Shown: positions 1-7,992 of the stretch, one piece after another
Layout: every line of letters begins with the position of its first letter
Numbering within the stretch: the stretch's first letter is position 1
NCBI GenBank assembly: GCA_029562645.1
Contig: JAKQUI010000005.1
Coordinates: 7,961 to 71,960, forward strand
Direction of reading: 5' to 3'
DNA from: Spirochaetota bacterium
GTDB taxonomy: Bacteria; Spirochaetota; UBA4802; JAKQUI01
Length of the DNA stretch: 64,000 nucleotides
The notes under the pieces: model-generated
What the model was told of the DNA's origin: nothing
Database searches by the model: none
Seen by the model: only the letters and a program-made list of their open reading frames with translations
Position numbers and translations under genes: made by a program

Positions 1-22
1 GCTCGACGGCGCGCTCGATGAA

Positions 23-907
23 GTGCGCGCATACGCGCGGCGCGCCGTCGTCATCGCCGCCGACTCCGCCCTGCCGGTCCTTTCCGCCGCCGGCATCGAT
101 GTCCACTTCTGCGTATCCATCGATCCGCAGGGCTACACCTGGGAGCACTGCGGGCGCATGCCGGACCCTGCGCCGGTCATGGTCTGCTCGCTCACGGCCA
201 ATCCGCGCCTGATCCGCCGCGGCGACGCACTCCTGTCGCTCAACTCGCACCCGATCGCGCAGCTTATCGATCAGCTGTGTCCCGACGCCATCGGCAGCAT
301 CGATTCGACGACCGGGAACGTCGCGGGCGATGCGGTCTACTTTGCGCACCTCCTGGGATGCGCGCCCATCGGGATCGTCGGGTTCGATTCGTGCTTTTCC
401 CGGTACCGGATCTATGCGCGGGGGAGCGCCTATCAAAACCGCTTTGCGCGGTTGTTCCACGACCGCTTCCAGCCCATAGAGACGCAGAACCTTCGTTATA
501 TCCGGGTATCGTCGCGCGCCTACCGCGAGCAGGGCCGCTTCACCCGCCGCTCCTTTACGGCCTATAACGCCACGCTCGCGCGCTTCATCGCCGCGCGCCG
601 CATCGGCGGTATCGCACATGTCAACCCTGACGGATTGCCGATCGAGGGCGTCCCGGCCGCGGATCTCGCGGCGATCATGGAGCACGCCCCGCCCGTCACG
701 GACGACCTGCGCGCGCTCATCGCCGGTTGCATCGCTAGCGCGCCGTCGCTTGCCGATCTGGTCGATGTCGCGGCCATCCGCCGTGCGCTCGTGGTCCCGG
801 AGAACGCGGACGCGGTGCTGCGCGCCTCGCTGGACGATAAAACGCTTGTCAAACGAGGCCCGGCGATTACCGGGATCATGACGCGCCTGCTGGGAGGTGG
901 ACGATGA
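23..907 (+). CDS. DUF115 / MptE-like (motility-accessory-factor-like) protein; N-terminus may extend past the window edge
   Basis: ORF-track 294 aa. Central segment TGNVAGDAVYFAHLLGCAPIGIVGFD resembles the GTSV...A..LG...I.L.G.D core of the DUF115/6-hydroxymethylpterin diphosphokinase MptE-like family. The 3' end overlaps coaE by 4 nt (ATGA). Confidence 0.4.
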   Translation: MRAYARRAVVIAADSALPVLSAAGIDVHFCVSIDPQGYTWEHCGRMPDPAPVMVCSLTANPRLIRRGDALLSLNSHPIAQLIDQLCPDAIGSIDSTTGNVAGDAVYFAHLLGCAPIGIVGFDSCFSRYRIYARGSAYQNRFARLFHDRFQPIETQNLRYIRVSSRAYREQGRFTRRSFTAYNATLARFIAARRIGGIAHVNPDGLPIEGVPAADLAAIMEHAPPVTDDLRALIAGCIASAPSLADLVDVAAIRRALVVPENADAVLRASLDDKTLVKRGPAITGIMTRLLGGGR

Positions 908-1500
908 ACATCGGGGTTACCGGAATATTCGCGTCGGGCAAGGGAACGGTCTGCGAGATGTTTCGCGCGCTGGGGGCGCGCGTCATCGACACCGACATCC
1001 TCGCCCGTGAGGTGGTCGCGCCGGGCACCGAGGGGCTCAATCGCCTGGTTGCGGCCTTCGGGACCGACATCCTCACGCCGTCGGGGGAGCTCGACCGCCG
1101 GGGGCTCGCGCTGCGCGTGTTCCCGGACCCCGCGCACGTTCAGCAGGTCAACGCCATCGTCCACCCGCTGGTGCTGTCGCGCATGCTGGAGATCGTCGGG
1201 GAGGCGCCCGACTCGATCTACATGATCAACACGCCCCTCCTGTACGAGTCCGGCTTCGACCGCTACATGCACAAGAATATCGTGGTCACGGCCGACACCG
1301 AGCAGGCGATCTCCCGGGGCATGCGCCGCGACCGCCTCACCGCCGAGGAGATCGAATCGCGCCTGAAACACCAAATTCCGCTCACCCAAAAGATGCACCG
1401 TGCCGATTATGTAATCGACAACTCATCGTCGCTTGAAAACACGAGAAGGCAGGTCATCGAGATATGGAACAGTTTGACGGAAAAGCCCCGCGGGGAGTGA
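904..1500 (+). CDS. coaE: dephospho-CoA kinase
   Basis: N-terminal P-loop MNIGVTGIFASGKGT. About 198 aa. Family-typical layout. ATGA overlap with the upstream gene. Confidence 0.8.
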   Translation: MNIGVTGIFASGKGTVCEMFRALGARVIDTDILAREVVAPGTEGLNRLVAAFGTDILTPSGELDRRGLALRVFPDPAHVQQVNAIVHPLVLSRMLEIVGEAPDSIYMINTPLLYESGFDRYMHKNIVVTADTEQAISRGMRRDRLTAEEIESRLKHQIPLTQKMHRADYVIDNSSSLENTRRQVIEIWNSLTEKPRGE

Positions 1501-2330
1501 AGGAGAAGAGCGTCTACCAGCTCCACCTGGACACCCCCCGCATCATCATCATCTCGTCGGTCATCATCGGCGTCATCATTATCTCCGTGCTGGTTGGGAT
1601 GAACCTCAAGAAGGCCGACGGGACCGACGGCGATATCGCCAAAAAGGACGGCCTGGAGCTTCCGCTCTCCAATGCGGAGAAAGAGCTCTCCATGCTCGCC
1701 AACAAGGTCCCGGGGATGGGCGAGACCCCGCCGGCCGCGAAGCCGGGCGAGCTTTCCGACAAGGACAAGCTGTTCCAGAAGGACCCGGCCGGCGCGATCA
1801 TACCGGGCGGCCCGGCAAAACCGGACGGCGCCGCGCACCCGGAGAAGGAGGCCGCCCCCTCCGGCGACATCCTGACCAAGGACAACATCAAGGAAATCAT
1901 ACCGCCGGTGCGCGAGGCATCCCTCGACAAGCCGAAGAAGCACAAGCTCGCGAAGGAAGCGAAGGGCAAGAAGAAGGACGGCGAGGCCGCCCGCATGAGC
2001 GCGGGGACGAAGGAGCGCGAAAAGAAGGCGAAAAAGAACAAGGTGGTCGAGGTCGCCTCGAAGACGAAGGACGCGGATGATCCGGCGCCCCGGCGGCACG
2101 GCTTCATGATTCAGATCGGATCATACGACAACCGGACGAAGGCCGACGCGGAAAAGTCGCGCCTCGAAAAGATGAACTACGACGCCTTCGTCGACAAGAC
2201 GATGAAAAACGGCAAGCGGTACTTTCGGGTGCGCGTGGGACCGATCGCCTCGAAGCGGAACGCCATTAACACGCTCAACGACCTGCAGGACAATACGCGC
2301 TATCGGGACAGTTTCATGGTGAAGGAATAA
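1464..2330 (+). CDS. SPOR-domain membrane protein (septal peptidoglycan binding)
   Basis: N-terminal TM segment (IIIISSVIIGVIIISVLVG), a Lys/Ala/Pro-rich low-complexity linker, and a C-terminal ~80 aa segment (FMIQIGSYDNRTKADAEKSRL...YFRVRVGPIASKRNA) matching the SPOR domain pattern. Confidence 0.6.
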   Translation: MEQFDGKAPRGVKEKSVYQLHLDTPRIIIISSVIIGVIIISVLVGMNLKKADGTDGDIAKKDGLELPLSNAEKELSMLANKVPGMGETPPAAKPGELSDKDKLFQKDPAGAIIPGGPAKPDGAAHPEKEAAPSGDILTKDNIKEIIPPVREASLDKPKKHKLAKEAKGKKKDGEAARMSAGTKEREKKAKKNKVVEVASKTKDADDPAPRRHGFMIQIGSYDNRTKADAEKSRLEKMNYDAFVDKTMKNGKRYFRVRVGPIASKRNAINTLNDLQDNTRYRDSFMVKE

Positions 2331-2360
2331 TCGAAGCGAGATACACCCTCCTATGTGAGC

Positions 2361-2388
2361 GCGCCCGGATACCACCGGGCGCTTTTTT
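2361..2388 (+). terminator. rho-independent terminator after the SPOR gene
   Basis: GCGCCCGG-ATACCA-CCGGGCGC hairpin followed directly by TTTTTT. Confidence 0.6.
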
Positions 2389-2418
2389 CGCCATCCGCCG
2401 TGCACCAACGCGAATGGA

Positions 2419-3141
2419 CTACCGGTCCTCGAGGCACTTCAATACCAGCGAGCGGAGCCCGGTATCGCCGGGATGACGCGCAACGCGCGCGGAGAGATCG
2501 TCCAGCAGCCGGTTTGACTCGCCGTCGAGATCAAGGATATAGGTCGATTCCTCCTCGTCGAGGATGTTCTCCGGCGGGCAGGCCGCGGGGTCGCCCAGGT
2601 TGATATAGGCGCGGCAGGTGAGCGGCCGCAGGGCGTAGATGGCACAGCGATCGTCCTCGTCCAAGAAGGGGCAGCGGCTGTGGAGTTGATAGAAGCCGGT
2701 GAGAACGATCTCCTCGAAATCGACCTCGCCCGCGATCTCCTGGTACTCGCCGCTCTCGAGCCTCACGGCGGATGCGGCCCGGACGCGCTCGTATTCCTCC
2801 ATCGATTCACGGCAGGCCGCAATCACCGACTCCCGGCGACGATGCGACATCCGCCGCACCGCCGCGGCGATCATGTCCGCCTCGAACGAATAGACGTCAT
2901 CGACCCAGTGGCAGCAGCAGCTCACGCAGCCGGCATGGCACTTCATCGACAGGCCCGACGCGGCGATCACCCGGCCCTGGTATTCGTCGTAGAGTCGCAG
3001 CACCGCGCGATATCCCCGCGCAATCGCCGTCATATCCGCACCGTCATGCGCGCGCGCGAGCAAGGTGCGCAGGCGTCCGGTTATCGTCCGCTGGATCTCG
3101 GCCGCCTCGGGCGGCACCGGGACATTCGGTTTCGCGGTCAT
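2419..3141 (-). CDS. YkgJ-family (UPF0153) CxxCxxCC cysteine-cluster protein
   Basis: The motif CHAGCVSCCCHW plus later C...C residues is typical of the putative Fe-S/Zn YkgJ family. Start set at Met32 of the ORF (MTAKPNV). ATGA overlap with the upstream phosphoribosyltransferase gene. Confidence 0.55.
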   Translation of the reverse strand: MTAKPNVPVPPEAAEIQRTITGRLRTLLARAHDGADMTAIARGYRAVLRLYDEYQGRVIAASGLSMKCHAGCVSCCCHWVDDVYSFEADMIAAAVRRMSHRRRESVIAACRESMEEYERVRAASAVRLESGEYQEIAGEVDFEEIVLTGFYQLHSRCPFLDEDDRCAIYALRPLTCRAYINLGDPAACPPENILDEEESTYILDLDGESNRLLDDLSARVARHPGDTGLRSLVLKCLEDR

Positions 3142-3569
3142 GCGCGGCCCACCTCCCAGAAGTACTCGACCCAGACGTCCGGTTCGACGGCCATCCCGCT
3201 CCTGATGCCGACGTCGCGCTTGGTCACCAGGCACACAACATCGAACCGCGAGCCAGGATAGAGCGAGATAATCATGTTGATGGTGTTGCCGGAGTCGTAG
3301 ATATCGTCGCAGAGAAGATACGTCCCGTCCGCGAGATCGGGCCGACGGCCGAACGTGAACGATTTCCTCTCGTGCTCCACATACGATGATATCTCTATAT
3401 CATAGATCGGAAGGCCCAGGCCGCGCGCCATGGCGCGCGAGAGCCAGTACCCGCCGCGAAGCGGGCAGAGCACGCCGTCATAGCGCGTGCCGTCGGCCCG
3501 CACCTCGCCGAGCAGGCGTTGCGCGAGCGTCTCGAACAGCTCCGATGACACGTAGAAGGTCTTCATCAT
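3138..3569 (-). CDS. purine phosphoribosyltransferase (HGPRT/XGPRT-like)
   Basis: PRPP-binding motif LLCDDIYDSGNT. About 143 aa. Start at MMKTFYV. Confidence 0.65.
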   Translation of the reverse strand: MMKTFYVSSELFETLAQRLLGEVRADGTRYDGVLCPLRGGYWLSRAMARGLGLPIYDIEISSYVEHERKSFTFGRRPDLADGTYLLCDDIYDSGNTINMIISLYPGSRFDVVCLVTKRDVGIRSGMAVEPDVWVEYFWEVGRA

Positions 3570-3645
3570 ACGGCGTGCGGTCGCGACGGGCCGCCGCCGT
3601 CGATGGGGAGCGATGGAGCCGCGGATGTCCACGATATTTTTTCAG

Positions 3646-4284
3646 CTATCGGCGCACGGTGTTACCATCGACCATAAAAACGGTAAACGACTGCCTCTCG
3701 AGAAATTCGTGCCGCGCAGCTATCCTATACCCTGCCTCGCGCAGTATCGTGATGATCCGCTCCTCGGGAACGCTGTGAAAGAGCGTGCGAAGCGATCCCG
3801 GCCGGTAATCGATGATGGCGATGCGCCCGCCGGGCCTCAGGCAACCGGCGAGCCTCCGAAAATAGGCGACCGGGTGCTCGATATGGTGAAACACATTCCG
3901 CATGAAGATGAGATCCACACCGTGCGCGGGGAGCCCCGGATCATCCGGTGTCGCATGCACGGTTTTCACGTTCCGCAGCTGCTCGCTCGCCGCCGTTTGT
4001 GAAATGATGTCGAGGAACTCCCGGTTGATGTCGACCGCGAAGACGACGCCCGCCGGCCCGGTGTCCCGCGCGAAGCGAACGGTAAAATACCCGCCGCCCG
4101 CACCGATGTCCGCGATCGCCATGCCCGGTGCGATACCAAGCGCCCGAACGACCTCGTCCGGCTTGGCGCCCGGCTCGACTGCAAGCGCATTGAAGTGGTT
4201 GGCGGAACGCTCGGCCGAACAACATGAGATGGAAAACAATGACGCCAGGAGCATTCCCAATGATGATTTTCGTATTCCGTCCAT
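3646..4284 (-). CDS. class I SAM-dependent methyltransferase, probably secreted or lipid-anchored
   Basis: Motif I DIGAGGGYFT. A post-I acidic residue (VFAVD) is present. A hydrophobic N-terminus suggests a signal peptide. Confidence 0.7.
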   Translation of the reverse strand: MDGIRKSSLGMLLASLFSISCCSAERSANHFNALAVEPGAKPDEVVRALGIAPGMAIADIGAGGGYFTVRFARDTGPAGVVFAVDINREFLDIISQTAASEQLRNVKTVHATPDDPGLPAHGVDLIFMRNVFHHIEHPVAYFRRLAGCLRPGGRIAIIDYRPGSLRTLFHSVPEERIITILREAGYRIAARHEFLERQSFTVFMVDGNTVRR

Positions 4285-4378
4285 TCCGTTTCCTCCAGGG
4301 TTACTGCGCCCCCTCCGCCTGACGGCGGAAGAGGCGCATCGTGTACAAACAATGCAGTGACGCGTTCAAGGAATTCCG

Positions 4379-4831
4379 CTACCGGCACTGCATGCGATCG
4401 TGATGCTTCCGCATCTCATCGACCACCTGCGCCTTCTGGCCGTCATCGAGCATCTCGTAGAGCTCGACGAGTTTCGTGACGTACTCCTCGAACTTCTGCG
4501 GACGTTCTTTGTGCGCCGTGAGGGCGATACGCGCGATCTTTCGCGCGTCGGGGGTGCGCTCATTCAGCTCGGCGCCGATTTCCTCGTGCACCTTCTTTCG
4601 TTTTTCGGTGAACGAAGCGAAATCCCGCTTCGCGGACGCCTTGATCTCATCGTACTTCTGTCGCTGGGCCTCGTTCAGGTTGAGCTTCTCGATCCGCGCG
4701 TCGATGCGCGCGAGCGCTTTGTCCGCGAAGTCGGCCTTGCAGAACGGCGCCCGATGGCGGCAGCCCTGCAGCGACATGAACCCTACGACGGCGACGACCG
4801 CGACGATCGGCAGAATTTTTACAAATGACAT
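4379..4831 (-). CDS. CpxP/Spy-like periplasmic protein (LTXXQ family)
   Basis: Signal peptide, then a helical Lys/Glu-rich ~130 aa body with an LNLNEAQRQKY (LTXXQ-like) motif. Start chosen at the second ATG because AGGAGG lies 6 nt upstream. The gene is divergent from a two-component system, as E. coli cpxP is from cpxRA. Confidence 0.5.
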   Translation of the reverse strand: MSFVKILPIVAVVAVVGFMSLQGCRHRAPFCKADFADKALARIDARIEKLNLNEAQRQKYDEIKASAKRDFASFTEKRKKVHEEIGAELNERTPDARKIARIALTAHKERPQKFEEYVTKLVELYEMLDDGQKAQVVDEMRKHHDRMQCR

Positions 4832-4940
4832 GATACGCCTCCTCATTTTAACTTGAAATATTTGATGCGCCGGACAATACCGTTGTGCATCATCATGCTG
4901 GAAATGTACGCACCGGGTGTGAAAAAAGTTTTTCCCGGGC

Positions 4941-4996
4941 GTAAATTCCGCGGGGTATATGTAAAAAAAGTGTAAACGCCATCGGACTATTTTTAC
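4941..4996. promoter_or_regulatory. GTAAA pentamer repeats (CpxR-box-like) in the divergent intergenic region
   Basis: GTAAA at 4941, 4961 and 4972, and TTTAC at 4992. The 4961/4972 pair is GTAAA-N6-GTAAA, against the E. coli CpxR consensus GTAAA-N5-GTAAA. Confidence 0.35.
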
Positions 4997-5011
4997 AATC
5001 CGGAAAGGACC

Positions 5012-5713
5012 ATGGATCGGAAAATTCTTATCATTGATGATGATGCGAAGTTGCAGGACCTGCTCCGCGCATATCTGTCCGACAACGGATTTGCGGTCGC
5101 ATCGCTGTTCGACGGAAACGAGGCGCTATCCGCCATCGAGAAGGAGGGACCGGACGTGGTGCTGCTGGACATCATGCTGCCGGGCAGTAACGGCCTGGAC
5201 GTTCTCCGCGCCGTTCGCGCAACGAGCTCGATTCCGGTGATTATGCTCACCGCGAAGGGAGACGACACCGACCGCATCGTGGGGCTGGAGCTCGGCGCGG
5301 ACGATTATCTCCCCAAGCCCTTCAATCCGCGGGAGCTCTTGGCGCGCATTCGAGCCGTGATGCGTCGCGCGCCGGCGCCGGGCGTCACGCCCGCTCACGA
5401 CGACGTCGCGATCATCCGGGCGGGCGGGCTGGTGCTCAATCCCGCGCTCCTGGCCCTCGAACGGGGAGCGGAGCGGACGGCGCTTTCGAAAACGGAATAT
5501 CGAATCATGGAAACGCTCATGCGCAACCCGGACCGCGTGTTCTCACGCGACGACATCATGAACGCCGCGCGCGGCCGCGATTTCATCGCATTTGAGCGCA
5601 GCATCGACGTGCACATCAGCAAGCTGCGCGCCAAGGTCGAGTCGCTCACCGGCGAGCGCGACCGCATCAAGACGGTGTGGGGCACCGGCTATCTGTTCCG
5701 GGGCGACACATGA
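5012..5713 (+). CDS. OmpR-family response regulator (REC + winged helix)
   Basis: Start MDRKILIIDDD. Phospho-acceptor Asp environment VVLLDIMLPG. C-terminal VWGTGYLFR winged-helix signature. Confidence 0.9.
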   Translation: MDRKILIIDDDAKLQDLLRAYLSDNGFAVASLFDGNEALSAIEKEGPDVVLLDIMLPGSNGLDVLRAVRATSSIPVIMLTAKGDDTDRIVGLELGADDYLPKPFNPRELLARIRAVMRRAPAPGVTPAHDDVAIIRAGGLVLNPALLALERGAERTALSKTEYRIMETLMRNPDRVFSRDDIMNAARGRDFIAFERSIDVHISKLRAKVESLTGERDRIKTVWGTGYLFRGDT

Positions 5714-7083
5714 GAATCCGCCAGCTGTATGTGAAGATGTTCCTCGCCTTCATCGGGCTGTTCCTGGTGGCGCAGTTCCTCGTCTTCGGCATGTTCCGCC
5801 ACGTCACGGGGCGGCCCCTTCACCGCGAGATGGGGGGATATCTGGAATCGTCGGTCGCACTGGTCCGCGAGCTGGTCGAGCATAAAGTTCGCGAACACCC
5901 CGATGCGTTCACGCGCGAGGTTGCGGCCCTTCGCGATTTCGTGGTGCGCCTTGGCGCGGGCTTTCAGTCGCTCGTCTGGATCGAAACGGCCGCCGGCCGC
6001 GTCGTTTATCGCTCGTCGCCCGATGCGCCGCCGCCGTCGATCCCGCGCGACCTCGTCGATCGCGGGAGCTATCAGTACCATCTCTCCATGCGGCTCGGTT
6101 CGATCGTCTACCTGCGCATCCGCGTATCGCCTCCGGGATCACCGAGCGCCACCGTGCATGTCTTCCACCGGCGTCCGCGCCCGTTCATGCACGACACGCA
6201 CTTTCTCCTCGGCCTCATCGGCATCTGCGTCCTGATGGCGCTGCTCCTGTATCCGCTCACCCGCTACATCACCCGTCCGCTCAAGCGCCTCACGCACTCG
6301 GCGCACCGCATTGCGGGCGGCGACTTCGACCAGGTCGTCGCGGTGCCGTCGAATGACGAGATCGGCGAGCTCGCGGCGGCGTTCAATACGATGGCGGAAC
6401 GGATCAGCCACATGATCCGGGGGACCCGGGAGCTCACGGCGAATGTGTCTCACGAATTACGCTCGCCGCTGGCGCGGATGCGTGTCGCGCTGGAGCTGCT
6501 CGATGCGAAGGTCCGCGACGCTCGCGCCGCCGGCGCCGGTGAGCTCATCGCGTCGATCGAGGCGGAGATCGTCGACATGGACCGGCTCATCGACCGGATC
6601 CTGGAGCTTGCGAAACTCGACCTCCGGGAGGCGGACACGCCAATCGATGCGATAGACCTCGACGCGGGCCTGAACGCCATCATCGCGAAATTCATGCCCA
6701 CGATTGAGCGCCGGCGGCTCGCCCTCACGCTGACCGGCGCCGGGGGGGCGATCGTGCGCGGAGTCCCGGACGATATCGCGACCGCGCTCGGGAACCTCGT
6801 CGACAATGCCGTGAAATACTCGCCGGAGGGAGGGGCCGTCGATATCGCCGTCACGCAATCCGACGGCGTCGTTTCGATCGCCGTCGCCAATGCCAGCCCG
6901 CCCCTCGCCGACGACGAACTCGCGGGCATCTTCGAGCCATTCGTTCGCCTCCGCCCGACGGGCGCGCCCGGCCACGGTCTCGGGTTGGCCATCGCGAAAC
7001 GGATCGTCGAGCGGCATGGCGGCAGCATTCGCGCCGAGCGCTCCGTGAATGGAATACGAATTACGATCACACTCCCCGCGTAG
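5710..7083 (+). CDS. sensor histidine kinase (two TM segments, periplasmic loop, HAMP, HisKA, HATPase_c)
   Basis: H-box ANVSHELRSPLARM. N, G1 and G2 boxes are present (DNAVKYSP, GHGLGLAIAK). ATGA overlap with the response-regulator stop. Start at MRIRQLYV. Confidence 0.85.
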   Translation: MRIRQLYVKMFLAFIGLFLVAQFLVFGMFRHVTGRPLHREMGGYLESSVALVRELVEHKVREHPDAFTREVAALRDFVVRLGAGFQSLVWIETAAGRVVYRSSPDAPPPSIPRDLVDRGSYQYHLSMRLGSIVYLRIRVSPPGSPSATVHVFHRRPRPFMHDTHFLLGLIGICVLMALLLYPLTRYITRPLKRLTHSAHRIAGGDFDQVVAVPSNDEIGELAAAFNTMAERISHMIRGTRELTANVSHELRSPLARMRVALELLDAKVRDARAAGAGELIASIEAEIVDMDRLIDRILELAKLDLREADTPIDAIDLDAGLNAIIAKFMPTIERRRLALTLTGAGGAIVRGVPDDIATALGNLVDNAVKYSPEGGAVDIAVTQSDGVVSIAVANASPPLADDELAGIFEPFVRLRPTGAPGHGLGLAIAKRIVERHGGSIRAERSVNGIRITITLPA

Positions 7084-7095
7084 TCAGATAACAGA

Positions 7096-7124
7096 AATCC
7101 CCGGCTGCACCGCAACCGGGGATT
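7096..7124. terminator. bidirectional hairpin between convergent genes
   Basis: AATCCCCGG-N11-CCGGGGATT perfect 9-bp inverted repeat, located between the kinase stop (7083) and the minus-strand small gene stop (7160). Confidence 0.5.
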
Positions 7125-7159
7125 CATTCTGTGGGATGAAACGTTTCCCGTTTAGTCGA

Positions 7160-7402
7160 TTAGCACTTATTGTAGCATGCCGTATAGGAGACCTCGCACG
7201 CGGCCTTTTCCGCGGCGGTCTTCTCGACCTTCTTCGTGACCATCTTTCCCTTTTCCCGTACCTTCTTCTCCTCGGGGGCTATGCACTTGTCGCGAGCGGC
7301 CGAGCAGGCGCCACGGCATGCGAGGACTTTGGGACTTGTCGCACAGTAGAATGCGCCGCCGAAGACGGTGAGGACAAAAAGAACGACCAACATCTTTTTC
7401 AT
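7160..7402 (-). CDS. small secreted cysteine-rich protein (about 81 aa)
   Basis: Signal peptide MKKMLVVLFVLTVFGG. Eight Cys in the mature part. GGAG lies 7 nt upstream of the ATG. No recognisable family. Confidence 0.4.
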   Translation of the reverse strand: MKKMLVVLFVLTVFGGAFYCATSPKVLACRGACSAARDKCIAPEEKKVREKGKMVTKKVEKTAAEKAACEVSYTACYNKC

Positions 7403-7489
7403 GGTACAGCTCCTTACATGATAGAATTTGCGAACCCTGACATACGCCCACGGCATACGCAAGCATTATTTTTCGTCCGATCGCGCCCC

Positions 7490-7942
7490 TCACGGCGCCG
7501 CCGCGCCGAAGACCCTCGCATGCTCAATCTTGATGCATTTCGACTGCACCACCGCAATCCCGGCGGCGCGCGCCCTCTCCGCCGATTCGCGGTGCGCGAG
7601 CCCCAGCTGCATCCACACGGCGCCCGCGCGGACCGCGATCGCCTCATCGACGATGCCGGGAATCGCCTCGACCGCGCGGAAGATGTCGACGATGTCGATC
7701 GCCTCCGGAATCGACCGGAGGTCGGGATAGCATTTCTCGCCCAGGATCTCCGCCTTCACCGGATTGACGGGGATGATCCGGTACCCGCGCGCCTGCAGAT
7801 AGGCCGCGACGCGATGGCTGTCGCGGTCGGGCTTGTCAGACAGGCCCACGATGGCGATGGTCTTCGCGCGCCGCAGCAGTGCCGTGATCTCCTCTCCCGG
7901 CGGATTGGCGTCGGGCATCTCGCATCGGGTCGTGTCGTTCAT
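7490..7942 (-). CDS. CoA-binding domain protein (YccU/YneT-like)
   Basis: IAIVGLSDKPDRDSHRVAAYLQARGYRIIPVNP matches the CoA_binding_2 Rossmann-like fold pattern. About 150 aa. Confidence 0.6.
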   Translation of the reverse strand: MNDTTRCEMPDANPPGEEITALLRRAKTIAIVGLSDKPDRDSHRVAAYLQARGYRIIPVNPVKAEILGEKCYPDLRSIPEAIDIVDIFRAVEAIPGIVDEAIAVRAGAVWMQLGLAHRESAERARAAGIAVVQSKCIKIEHARVFGAAAP

Positions 7943-7992
7943 GATTATCCCCCTGATACAGTACTGGTACAACCGGCGCCAGTGCGCCGCGA

